DNA of 27,554 nt, taken from Dehalococcoidia bacterium. GTDB taxonomy: Bacteria; Chloroflexota; Dehalococcoidia; GIF9; AB-539-J10. This document shows, in pieces, positions 1 through 8,386 of this stretch (positions are counted from its first letter, which is position 1; each line of letters opens with the position of its first letter). The stretch lies in contig JAGMBH010000148.1 in NCBI GenBank assembly GCA_023129815.1, forward strand, positions 1 to 27,554, read 5' to 3'. The notes beneath the pieces were generated by a model. That model was not told the DNA's origin and made no database searches. It worked only from the letters and a program-made list of their open reading frames with translations. Position numbers and translations under genes: made by a program.

Positions 1-1785
1 ATCACTACGAATTGTCGTTTGCCCTATATCTGTCAAAAGCACCCAACGAATTGCCTTGGCTCTAGTCTTCTTGTCTAGCTCCATGGCTTTGGTTACTTCA
101 GAGATTGCTTCGCGGAGTTCATCCTGGTGAGCCGAAGCTCTGAACGGAGTGAAGAGGAGATTCTTCGGGCGCTTCTCTCCCTCAGAATGACATCCTTTTC
201 TGTCATTGCGAGGAGCTTTAGCGACGAAGCAATCTCCAAAAATTCCCTCCCATCGGGTGGGTAAACCGAATTTCCGTAACAGTGATTGCTGTCGCTCAAC
301 TATATCCGAGGATAAAAGACCTAATCTCTGGCTGAGTTTAGCAGCCCCCACCATGCCAATAGCCACTGCCTCACCGTGGAGGAAACGCTTGTATTCAGTG
401 GCTGCTTCCAAGCCATGGGCAATGGTATGCCCATAGTTCAAGATGATGCGTCTTCCCCGTTCCTTCTCATCTTCACTAACAATCTGAGCCTTGATAGCAG
501 CGCTACGGATGATAGCTTGGGTAACTGCATTCGGCTCCAGCTTTATTAGTTTATCAGCATTAGCCTCCAAGAATTCAAAAAATTCTTTGTCCAGAGTCAA
601 GCCATATTTAATAACCTCAGCCCACCCCGAGATTAACTCACGGTCAGGTAAAGTATTAAGCGTGTGGACATCAGCTAAAACAAAGCTAGGCTGATAGAAA
701 GCACCGATAAGATTTTTTCCTTGAGGGTGGTTGACACCTACTTTGCCTCCGATGCTGGCATCAACCATGGCTACTAGACTGGTTGGCAGCGGTATCCAGG
801 GCATTCCTCGTAAAAAAGTGGCCGCGACAAAGCCAGCCAAGTCGCCTACCATGCCACCCCCTAAGGCAATGAGCATATCATCCCTCTCCACTCGTTGCTC
901 CACCAAGAAGTCATAAATCTTAATGGCAGAATTGATATTCTTAGTTTCTTCGCCTGGCGGCACTACCAAGGAGTTAACGGCAAAGCCAGCATCCTGTAAG
1001 ACTTTCTCAACTTTGTGTCCGTAAATGGAGAACACAGTTTCATCGCTAATTATGCTCACTACCCCAGATAAACCAATCTCTTTTATCTTTTCCCCAAGCT
1101 TTTCCAACAGACCATAGCCAACAAAAACAGGATAGCTTTGAGTAGCCGTTTTCACCCAGCAAGCAACGTCCTTATTAGCCTTTAGCTGCGAGCCTAATTT
1201 CCTCTCCCTTGACGGGAGAGGATTAAGGTGAGGGTGATGAGCGGAGCGAAGCAGTCGCCACGCCCTTATCACCTCTTCAGCCACCTGGCTAAGGCTTAAT
1301 CTATCGGTATGAATCGTCCAGTCAACGTTGGCATAGTAGGGCTGCCGGGAAGCTTTAAGCTGCCTGATGCGCTCCAGGGGATTGTTGGTAGCCAGGAGAG
1401 GGCGAACTTCAGTCCCACAGCCATAGGTAGCATTTTGGAATAAGCGTTGATAAATTGTCTCCGGTTTAGCTTCAAGACAAATGATTAAACCGCTTTGGGC
1501 AAGCAATTTATAGTTTTGAGGGTCAACGATAGCACCACCACCAATAGCTATAACTGTTTGTCTCTGCTGGCAACCTTTTCTGATTACTTCCCGCTCAAGC
1601 TCCCTGAACCGGCCCTCCCCATCTTGCTGAAAAATCTCATCAATTGATTTGCCCGCTAACTTAACTATTTCATCATCGGTATCAATGAAATTCCAATTTA
1701 GCCTCCGGGCTACTTCTTTAGCCACCAGTGATTTACCGGTGGCAGAAAAACCAGTGATAATGATGTTAGCCACTTGCCTGCTCAT
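1..1785 (-). CDS. aroK-aroB: Bifunctional shikimate kinase / 3-dehydroquinate synthase fusion; 3' end runs off the window
   Basis: Translated by hand; no stop from 1785 to 1. N-terminal Walker A GFSATGKS and IAIGGGAIV (AroK), then GGGMVGDLAGF, DASIGGKVGVN, LNYGHTIAHGLE and LHGEAVAIGM (AroB). ATGA overlap with the aroC stop. Absent from the ORF track because its stop lies outside the window. Confidence 0.95.
   Translation of the reverse strand, partial: MSRQVANIIITGFSATGKSLVAKEVARRLNWNFIDTDDEIVKLAGKSIDEIFQQDGEGRFRELEREVIRKGCQQRQTVIAIGGGAIVDPQNYKLLAQSGLIICLEAKPETIYQRLFQNATYGCGTEVRPLLATNNPLERIRQLKASRQPYYANVDWTIHTDRLSLSQVAEEVIRAWRLLRSAHHPHLNPLPSRERKLGSQLKANKDVACWVKTATQSYPVFVGYGLLEKLGEKIKEIGLSGVVSIISDETVFSIYGHKVEKVLQDAGFAVNSLVVPPGEETKNINSAIKIYDFLVEQRVERDDMLIALGGGMVGDLAGFVAATFLRGMPWIPLPTSLVAMVDASIGGKVGVNHPQGKNLIGAFYQPSFVLADVHTLNTLPDRELISGWAEVIKYGLTLDKEFFEFLEANADKLIKLEPNAVTQAIIRSAAIKAQIVSEDEKERGRRIILNYGHTIAHGLEAATEYKRFLHGEAVAIGMVGAAKLSQRLGLLSSDIVERQQSLLRKFGLPTRWEGIFGDCFVAKAPRNDRKGCHSEGEKRPKNLLFTPFRASAHQDELREAISEVTKAMELDKKTRAKAIRWVLLTDIGQTTIRSD
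101..236. repeat. Composite palindromic repeat inserted in-frame in the AroB domain
   Basis: Bounded by a perfect 12-bp inverted repeat (GAGATTGCTTCG at 101, CGAAGCAATCTC ending at 236). Contains GAGATTCTTCG..CTCAGAATGAC and GTCATTGCGAGGAGC..GACGAAGCAATCTC modules. Reads as ..GDCFVAKAPRNDRKGCHSEGEKRPKNLLFTPFRASAHQDELREAIS.. in AroB. Confidence 0.9.
1201..1256. repeat. Hairpin repeat plus partial GCGAGCGGAGCGAAGCAATC-type module in the AroK-AroB linker
   Basis: CCTCTCCC-TTGAC-GGGAGAGG perfect 8-bp stem at 1201-1221, followed by ATTAAGGTGAGGGTGA and GAGCGGAGCGAAGCAGTC, which matches the module at 2481-2510. Confidence 0.7.
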
Positions 1786-3008
1786 CTCCATAAAGAGATA
1801 TGACTTATGTAGTTATGATAATTCGCCAGGGTTTCCTTTAGGTTATCCCCGCCGAATTTCTCCAGGCAGGCATCGGCAAGAACGATAGCCAGCATTGCTT
1901 CGCCAATTACCCCCGCCGCAGGAACAATACAAATGTCACTGCGCTCATAGTGGGCTTTGGCTATCTCACCGCTGCGAAGGTCTATAGATGGCAATGGCTT
2001 AGCTAAAGTGGCAATAGGCTTGACTGCCGCCCTGACTATTATGTCTTCGCCATTGCTTATGCCACCTTCGATGCCACCGGCATAGTTGGTGGCATGGCGC
2101 CAGGGGAGCGATTGCTTCGTCGCTGACGCTCCTCGCAATGACGAGGAAGGAGAGTCCCGCGCAATGACAGATGGAGGATTGGGTTCAATAACATCATGAG
2201 CCTGCGAGCCTTTGATTTTAGCTAGAGTAAATCCAGCACCAATCTCCACTCCTTTCACGGCATTGATGCTCATTATCGCCTGGGCAATTCTGCCATCAAG
2301 GCGGCGCTCCCAGCTAACGTGGCTGCCTAAGCCAACAGGTACCCCAGTGGCGATTAGCTCAAAAACGCCTCCCAAGGTATCTCCCTCAGCTTTGGCTCTA
2401 TCAATGGCGGCTATCATTTCCTTTTCTGCCTTGGCGTCAACACAGCGGAGCAGGGAAGTCTCAACCTGCTGCCAATTTATAGAGATTGCTTCGCTCCGCT
2501 CGCAATGGCATGTCCCAATAGCTATAGTATGGCTATGAATAGCAATGCCAAATTCTTCCAGAAATCTTTTGGCGATAGCCCCGGCAGCTACCCTGACAGC
2601 AGTCTCCCGGGCGCTGGCTCTTTCCATTACAGGTCTGATGTCTTTCAGGCTATATTTAGTCACTCCAGCTAAATCAGCATGTCCCGGGCGAGGACGGGTT
2701 ACAGGCTCAGCCTCCTTCTCCACAGGAGTGATGCTCATCGCTTCCTGCCAGTTTTGCCAATCTCGGTTAGGGATAAAGAGAGCGATGGGGCTGCCCATAG
2801 TGAGTCCATAGCGAACTCCTGAGATGATTTCTACTTTGTCTTGTTCTATTTCCATGCGGGGACCACGCCCATAGCCTTGCTGGCGACGCTTGAGTTCTTT
2901 ATTGATATATTCCGCTTCCAAGGGAAGGTCGGCTACCATCCCTTCAATTATGGCTACCAATCCCTTCCCGTGGGATTCTCCAGCGGTGATAAAGCGAAAT
3001 TGTCCCAT
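1782..3008 (-). CDS. aroC: Chorismate synthase carrying two repeat-derived insertions
   Basis: TAGESHG, RRQQGYGRG, RPRPGHADL, RASARETA, GGIEGGISNG and RSDICIVPAAGVIGEAM motifs. Confidence 0.97.
   Translation of the reverse strand: MGQFRFITAGESHGKGLVAIIEGMVADLPLEAEYINKELKRRQQGYGRGPRMEIEQDKVEIISGVRYGLTMGSPIALFIPNRDWQNWQEAMSITPVEKEAEPVTRPRPGHADLAGVTKYSLKDIRPVMERASARETAVRVAAGAIAKRFLEEFGIAIHSHTIAIGTCHCERSEAISINWQQVETSLLRCVDAKAEKEMIAAIDRAKAEGDTLGGVFELIATGVPVGLGSHVSWERRLDGRIAQAIMSINAVKGVEIGAGFTLAKIKGSQAHDVIEPNPPSVIARDSPSSSLRGASATKQSLPWRHATNYAGGIEGGISNGEDIIVRAAVKPIATLAKPLPSIDLRSGEIAKAHYERSDICIVPAAGVIGEAMLAIVLADACLEKFGGDNLKETLANYHNYISHISLWR
2110..2168. repeat. Palindromic repeat module plus a partial copy, in-frame in aroC
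   Basis: GATTGCTTCGTCGCTGACGCTCCTCGCAATGAC (2110-2142), nearly the reverse complement of 202-236, followed by a second GCAATGAC. Encodes VIARDSPSSSLRGASATKQS. Confidence 0.88.
2481..2510. repeat. Minimal 30-bp repeat module in-frame in aroC
   Basis: AGAGATTGCTTCGCTCCGCTCGCAATGGCA; encodes CHCERSEAIS. Confidence 0.85.
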
Positions 3009-3026
3009 TAGCTTCCTTCACCCCTT

Positions 3027-3099
3027 GTCATTCTGAGGGAGAGAAGCGACCGAAAAATCTCCTCTTCACTCTGTTCAGAATGACATTGCTCAGAATGAC
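3027..3099. repeat. Intergenic copy of the palindromic repeat between sppA and aroC
   Basis: GTCATTCTGAGGGAGAGAAGCGACCGAAAAATCTCCTCTTCACTCTGTTCAGA is near-identical over about 50 bp to the reverse complement of the aroB insert; ends in tandem CAGAATGAC. Confidence 0.9.
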
Positions 3100-3131
3100 A
3101 AAAACCGAAGTTGCCAAACAATCTTGTCCCA

Positions 3132-4061
3132 TTAGCTTTGATGCAGATATTGAGGCTCAGGATAAGTACGGCTTAAAGTCTGCAACAGGACTATATCCTG
3201 CCCACTTAATCCCAATAATCTCATCTGGATGGCATAAACTAAGCCATCCAGATTAATTCCTAGAAGCGACTCTAATAAGGACTTACTCGGGGGTTCGTAG
3301 TACTCTATTTTTGGAGTGGTAATACCGGCTAGCTCTGCCGCCAAATCTATGGCGGTATCCAACCCACCTAGTTCGTCAACTAACCCTAACTCTTTAGCTT
3401 CAACGCCAGTGTAAAGTTGCCCCGTAGCTAAACTCCTTACCTTCTCTTTGCTCAACCCCCTACCTTCAGCCACTACCGCAACAAATTGCTCATAATAGTC
3501 ATCCACCAGTTGTTGCATGATTTCCTTTTCTTCCGGTGTTAGCTCCCTCAAACCGGCATACATATCTTTATACTTCCCACCTTTGAAGGTTTGCATCTCG
3601 ATTCCCAGTTTGTCGTAGAGTCCTTTAACATTCGGTATCTGGGAGATAACCCCGATGCTTCCTGTCAGTGTGCCTGGAAGGGCTACAATCTTGTCAGCTT
3701 CAGCCGAGATATAATAGCCTCCCGAGGCAGCCTGGCTGCCCATGCTGACCACAATAGGTTTTGTCTGCTTGACTTTTTCTATCTCCTTTAGAATTTCCTG
3801 GCAAGGCGCTACCACACCACCAGGGCTCTCTATGTGAAGAACAATCGCCCTCACGGCAATATCCTTCTCTGCCCTACCCAGTTGTTCCCGCACCAACCCA
3901 GGAGTGATAGTAGGACCAAAAAGGAGGGAACCGCCTTCAGATGTAATAGCCCCACTGAGAGTAATCACGGCAATTTTATCCCCTACCGGAATGCAGCTAG
4001 TAGGAATCAACATCGCCACTAGCAATAACATAGCCAAGCCAATGATTGTTACCTTTTTCAT
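3132..4061 (-). CDS. sppA: Signal peptide peptidase SppA (36K type, S49)
   Basis: IESPGG, SMGSQAASGGYYIS, TGSIGV, KGGKYKD and GLVDELGG motifs; N-terminal hydrophobic signal ending in PTSC (possible lipobox). Confidence 0.93.
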   Translation of the reverse strand: MKKVTIIGLAMLLLVAMLIPTSCIPVGDKIAVITLSGAITSEGGSLLFGPTITPGLVREQLGRAEKDIAVRAIVLHIESPGGVVAPCQEILKEIEKVKQTKPIVVSMGSQAASGGYYISAEADKIVALPGTLTGSIGVISQIPNVKGLYDKLGIEMQTFKGGKYKDMYAGLRELTPEEKEIMQQLVDDYYEQFVAVVAEGRGLSKEKVRSLATGQLYTGVEAKELGLVDELGGLDTAIDLAAELAGITTPKIEYYEPPSKSLLESLLGINLDGLVYAIQMRLLGLSGQDIVLLQTLSRTYPEPQYLHQS

Positions 4062-4930
4062 CTTTCTCCTCCTATTACTTCCCTCGCCCTTTTAAGCATT
4101 ATGTCAACTGGCGGTTCTCTTCCCGTCCATAATTCAAACGAGGCTGCTCCTTGATATACTAGCATAGCTAATCCGTTAAGTGTATTGGCCCCTGCCTTTT
4201 GTGCTAGCTGCAATAAAGGCGTTGGACAAGGGTTATATACTAGATCATAGACCAAGATACCTCGCGGAATCACCTCAAGACTCAAAGGTGATTTCCCCTC
4301 TTGAGGACTGTATTTCATTCCCATAGTGGTGCAGTTGACTATTAGCTCGCAGCGGCTAAAAGTTTTACCCAAATTTAGCGCTTGCCAAGGCAGAGTAGTG
4401 ACCTCGGTTTTCAGCCCAATTTCAACCATGTAGCTCTTCAGGCTGTCAGCCAATGCCCTAGCTCGCGCCGGAGTTCGATTAACAATAATGAGCGAACTTG
4501 CTTTCTCCTGCACCAAAGCAAAGCACACTGCCCTGGCAACTCCACCAGCGCCTAAGATTACCACTTGCTTACCCTGAGGCTCAAAGTGTCCCTCCTTATG
4601 CAACGCCTGGAGAAAGCCATGAGCGTCAGTATTAAAACCCAAAAGCTTATCATCTCTTCTAACGATGGTATTGACCGCGCCAATCAAATTTGCCAGGTCA
4701 TCAATCCCGTCCAACAAAGGCAAAACTGCTTCTTTATAGGGAACTGTTACATTAGCTCCCAGCTTTCGAGGCTCTCTTAATTTAGCTATTATAGCTTCAA
4801 GTTTCTGTGGGCCAGTTTCCCAGGCTTCATAGCGAATATCAAGGTGGTAGTAATCCAAAGCCGCCTGCTGGAAATATGGGGAGATGGAATGCTTTAAGGG
4901 ATAGCCGATGAGGCCGATGAACTTTGGCAT
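4058..4930 (-). CDS. aroE: Shikimate dehydrogenase
   Basis: GYPLKHSISP, GANVTVPYK, GAVNTI, NTDAHGF, GAGGVAR and GLAMLVYQGAASFELW motifs. Confidence 0.97.
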   Translation of the reverse strand: MPKFIGLIGYPLKHSISPYFQQAALDYYHLDIRYEAWETGPQKLEAIIAKLREPRKLGANVTVPYKEAVLPLLDGIDDLANLIGAVNTIVRRDDKLLGFNTDAHGFLQALHKEGHFEPQGKQVVILGAGGVARAVCFALVQEKASSLIIVNRTPARARALADSLKSYMVEIGLKTEVTTLPWQALNLGKTFSRCELIVNCTTMGMKYSPQEGKSPLSLEVIPRGILVYDLVYNPCPTPLLQLAQKAGANTLNGLAMLVYQGAASFELWTGREPPVDIMLKRAREVIGGER

Positions 4931-5601
4931 TAACTAGATTCTTCGCGGAGTTTACCCTGAGTGAGATTCTTCGGTCGCTTCTCTCCCTCAGAATGACAAG
5001 AGGCGAAGGGCTCAGAATGACAACTGTCAAGAAATCCCTGAAGAATAAAGGCAGCAGCCAAGGCATCCCGGTGTTCATTCCTTTTATTCCTCTTGGTGCC
5101 AGCCTTAACCATCAATTTCTCAACAGCTACAGTGGAGAACCTCTCATCCCATAGTTGTATGTCAACTGAGGTAAGACGAGATTGCTTCGCTGCCCCTGCG
5201 CGGAGTTCACCCTGGGCAAGATTCTTCGGCCGCTGCCCCTTCGCTTTGCTCAGGGCTTCGGCTAACCCCTCAGAATGACAATCCCCTTTTGTCACTCTGA
5301 GTCCTGACGATAGGAAGGAACTGAAGGGCTCAGGGCTTCGGCTGGCAATGCTATTTCGAAGTTTCTCGACAAAAGCAGTTACTTTATCAGCCTGCAGTCC
5401 CAAACTACCACTTAAGGAGCGAGGCAGACCAACTACGATACGTTCTATCCTATGCTGCTCCACAAGTTTGATAATATCACCTATAGTTGCCTCTTCGCTT
5501 TGGCTAACAATCGCAGTTAGAGGGACAGCCAGAAGACCTTCAGAGTCACTTATGGACACTCCTGTCCTTTTATCTCCAATATCTAATCCTAGGGTGCGCA
5601 T
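4930..5601 (-). CDS. ruvX: YqgF/RuvX family nuclease (pre-16S rRNA maturation) with a large internal insertion and a C-terminal extension
   Basis: Start set at MRTLGLDIGDKRTG (5601), just after the alaS stop. VVGLP, WDERFST and DALAAAFILQGFLD motifs are intact. 223 aa versus about 140 aa typical for the family. Confidence 0.93.
   Translation of the reverse strand: MRTLGLDIGDKRTGVSISDSEGLLAVPLTAIVSQSEEATIGDIIKLVEQHRIERIVVGLPRSLSGSLGLQADKVTAFVEKLRNSIASRSPEPFSSFLSSGLRVTKGDCHSEGLAEALSKAKGQRPKNLAQGELRAGAAKQSRLTSVDIQLWDERFSTVAVEKLMVKAGTKRNKRNEHRDALAAAFILQGFLDSCHSEPFASCHSEGEKRPKNLTQGKLREESS
4936..5022. repeat. Palindromic repeat forming the RuvX C-terminal extension
   Basis: AGATTCTTCGCGGAGTTTACCCTGAG..GAGATTCTTCGGTCGCTTCTCTCCCTCAGAATGACA..CTCAGAATGACA; encodes CHSEPFASCHSEGEKRPKNLTQGKLREES. 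Confidence 0.9.
5178..5351. repeat. Nested composite repeat of about 174 bp, in-frame inside ruvX
   Basis: GAGATTGCTTCGC, GCGGAGTTCACCCTG, AGATTCTTCGG, CCTTCGCTTTGCTCAGGGCTTCGGCT and CTCAGAATGACA modules shared with the other copies. About 58 aa between VEKLR and TSVDIQLWDER. Confidence 0.88.
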
Positions 5602-5602
5602 A

Positions 5603-8257
5603 TTAGACCTGACGAGCTCGCTTAGCTTGGCTGGCAACGATGCTTTTAACCAGATTCAAAGCTTCATCAACCTTAGCGGCGTCTTTACCGCCTGCTTGCG
5701 CCATGGTTGCTTTGCCTCCCCCACCACCACCAGTCACTTCAGCCACCTGCTTAACAATGTCACCAGCATGGAATCCTTTGGCTACTAAATCAGGAGTAAC
5801 CATAGCCAGAAAATTGGGCTTGCCATTATAAATGGTAGCTAAAACTACTATGGCACTCTTTAGTTTGTCCCGCAATATATCGCCCATCTCTCTGAGAATA
5901 GGCATAGTTAACGACGGCACCTTAGCAGACAGGATAGTTACACCATTAACCTGCTGTGTCTGCTCCAGCAGGCAATCTGCTATCCTCCGTGATAATTCCC
6001 TCTCTAATGAAAGAGAATGCTTGCGTTCTTTTTCCAGTTCACTAACAAGTGCTTTTACCTTACTGTCAACCTCTTCGGGTGAGCTCCCTGTCTCCTTGGC
6101 CACACCTTGCAAAGTAGCAAGATGCTTCTCAACCAAGGATTCAGCTCCACTCCCGGTCACCGCTTCAATGCGCCGCAGACCAGTGCCAATGCTGCTTTCG
6201 CCCGTTATAAGGAAAAAACCGATCTCCCCGGTTGATTTAACATGTGTGCCGCCGCACAGCTCCTTGCTTATTGCTGGCTCACCGACTTCAACCACTCGGA
6301 CCTGCTCCCCATATTTCTCTTCAAACAAGGCGATAGCACCTTCAGCAGTAGCTTGCTTATATGGGACGATTTTTGCCTTCACCCATAAGTTCTGGCGTAT
6401 CCTCTCATTAACCCTTCTTTCAATCTGTGTAAGTTGCTCCTCAGTTATTGCTGCTCGCCAGGAGAAGTCAAACCTGAGCCTATCTGGCTCTACTAGTGAA
6501 CCCCTCTGAGAAACGCGGTGGCTCAATATTTGCCTTAGAGCGCCTTGGAGAAGGTGGGTAGCGGTATGGTTGCGAGCAACATCCAGACGACGGGCTATAT
6601 CCACTCTAGCTTCTACCTCGTCACCAACAGAAATCTCGCCTTCTATTACTTTTCCTGAACTGATATCAGGCCCAAAAGTATCAGTTACAATAACTTTACC
6701 GCGATCGCTGATTATCCTACCAGTGTCACCAACTTGCCCACCCATCTCAGCATAAAAAGGCGTTTCAGAAAGAAGGATTATTAACTCCTGCCCTTGTTTC
6801 GCTCGATCAACAAGATTGCGGTTGATGAGCAGGGCTTTTATTTCACTCCTACACGTCAATGTTTCATAACCAACAAATTTAGCTCCAGGCAGTTCAGCTA
6901 ATTTCTCAGGCCTTTGTACTCCCTTTTCAGTAATTAGGACTTTATCAATAGCTATTGCTCCTCCGGCCGCCCTGGCTCTCTCCCGCTGTTTTTCCATCTC
7001 AGCCTGGAAACCCTCCCAATCTATGGAAAGCTCCTTTTCTTTAGCAATCTCTGCGGTTAATTCCTGTGGAAAACCAAAGGTGTCGTGAAGTTTGAATACT
7101 TCTTCCCCCTGTAGCCATTCTCTTCCTTGTTCCAAAGCTTCATTGATTAGTCTTTCCACTAGATTAAGCCCGCTGTCTAGGGTATTGATGAACCTCTCCT
7201 CTTCCGCCTTGGTTACCTCTTTAATCAAGTCTCGGTTGCTTACCAGTTCAGGATATATATCACCCATTTGAGAAATGACTACCTCAGCAATTTGACTAAG
7301 GAAAGGCTTATCTAAACCCAGCCTTCTAGCAAAAAGAGAGGCGCGACGCAACACTCGCCGTAAAACATAGCCTCTACCTTCATTGGAGGGCAAAACACCG
7401 TCAGCAATGAGAAAGGGAATACCACGACCATGCTCAGCAATAATTCTAATAGCTCGGTCATCACTATCACTCTTACCACAACATTTGCCTGTTAATCGGC
7501 AAATCCTTTGAATGAGGGGTAAGAAAAGATCTGTCTCATAGACTGAATATTTGCCTTGCATAACCACTGCAGTCCTTTCCAAACCCATTCCAGTATCAAT
7601 ATTCGGTTTAGGCAGAGGAGTACGCTTACCATCAGGACTCTGGTCATATTGAGTAAATACCAGATTCCAGATTTCAGAGAAGCGACCACAGTCACAATTA
7701 GGTTTACATTCCGGCCTACCACAACCAGCCTCCACTCCTAAATCGTAATGGATTTCGCTGCATGGCCCGCAAGGCCCCGAATCACCGGCCGGACCCCAGA
7801 AATTATCCTCCTCCCCAAAGCGCAATATTTTCTCAGCCGGAATTCCTACTTTCCGCCAATAGTTAAAAGCTTCATCATCGTCAAGGTAAACAGTTGCCCA
7901 TAGCCGCTCTTTCGGTAATTTTAAGTACTCAGTAACAAATTCCCAAGCCCAAGCAATGGCCTCTCTTTTGAAATAGTCACCAATACTGAAATTCCCCAGC
8001 ATCTCGAAGAAAGTAAGATGTTTGGTATCGCCAACAGAAGCTATATCAGTATTACGGAAACATTTTTGGCAAGAAACCAGCCGTGGACTGGGAGGCTTCT
8101 CCAATCCCAAAAAGTAAGGCTTAAATTGCGCCATGCCAGCAGTAGTCAATAATAGGGTAGGATCTCCACGAGGAATCAAGGATGAACCAGGGATGATCTT
8201 ATGACCCCTATCTTCGAAGAACCTCAGAAAAAACTGCCTAAGTTCATCACCAGTCAT
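5603..8257 (-). CDS. alaS: Alanine--tRNA ligase
   Basis: TTAGMAQFKP, HLTFFEMLGNFS, IDTGMGLER, editing motifs HTATHLL and ELCGGTH, C-terminal GGGGGK..MAQAGG. Confidence 0.99.
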   Translation of the reverse strand: MTGDELRQFFLRFFEDRGHKIIPGSSLIPRGDPTLLLTTAGMAQFKPYFLGLEKPPSPRLVSCQKCFRNTDIASVGDTKHLTFFEMLGNFSIGDYFKREAIAWAWEFVTEYLKLPKERLWATVYLDDDEAFNYWRKVGIPAEKILRFGEEDNFWGPAGDSGPCGPCSEIHYDLGVEAGCGRPECKPNCDCGRFSEIWNLVFTQYDQSPDGKRTPLPKPNIDTGMGLERTAVVMQGKYSVYETDLFLPLIQRICRLTGKCCGKSDSDDRAIRIIAEHGRGIPFLIADGVLPSNEGRGYVLRRVLRRASLFARRLGLDKPFLSQIAEVVISQMGDIYPELVSNRDLIKEVTKAEEERFINTLDSGLNLVERLINEALEQGREWLQGEEVFKLHDTFGFPQELTAEIAKEKELSIDWEGFQAEMEKQRERARAAGGAIAIDKVLITEKGVQRPEKLAELPGAKFVGYETLTCRSEIKALLINRNLVDRAKQGQELIILLSETPFYAEMGGQVGDTGRIISDRGKVIVTDTFGPDISSGKVIEGEISVGDEVEARVDIARRLDVARNHTATHLLQGALRQILSHRVSQRGSLVEPDRLRFDFSWRAAITEEQLTQIERRVNERIRQNLWVKAKIVPYKQATAEGAIALFEEKYGEQVRVVEVGEPAISKELCGGTHVKSTGEIGFFLITGESSIGTGLRRIEAVTGSGAESLVEKHLATLQGVAKETGSSPEEVDSKVKALVSELEKERKHSLSLERELSRRIADCLLEQTQQVNGVTILSAKVPSLTMPILREMGDILRDKLKSAIVVLATIYNGKPNFLAMVTPDLVAKGFHAGDIVKQVAEVTGGGGGGKATMAQAGGKDAAKVDEALNLVKSIVASQAKRARQV

Positions 8258-8386
8258 TTGTCATTACCCTTTCTGTTTCGGGAAAATATTAGCTTAGCTA
8301 TCAATTGAGTCTCAATATCAGGTATGTTAGCATAGATGCTAATTTGAAACAAAGCCAGTGCATGTGACTAATAGGTAAAATAAACA

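Noticed and set aside
93-916. ORF-track entries 93-299, 206-436, 491-694 and 731-916
   Set aside because: They are alternate-frame or antisense shadows of the aroB domain; the real frame is open from 1785 to 1.
4839-5278. ORFs 4839-5078, 4924-5154 and 5093-5278 as separate genes
   Set aside because: They overlap aroE/ruvX and stay open partly because the repeat is stop-poor; no independent SD or family signal.
101-5351. Repeats as a CRISPR array or IS element
   Set aside because: No regular repeat-spacer period, no cas or transposase gene, and no clear target-site duplication.
5603-5645. alaS C-terminal ASQAKRARQV as another repeat insert
   Set aside because: Only a short partial match (TTGCCAGCC.AAGC) to the edge of the ruvX insert; too weak to call.
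8304-8342. Two short palindromes (ATTGAG-T-CTCAAT and TTAGCAT-AG-ATGCTAA) between alaS and mscS
   Set aside because: They could be operators, but the two are unrelated, AT-rich and have no candidate regulator, so chance cannot be excluded.
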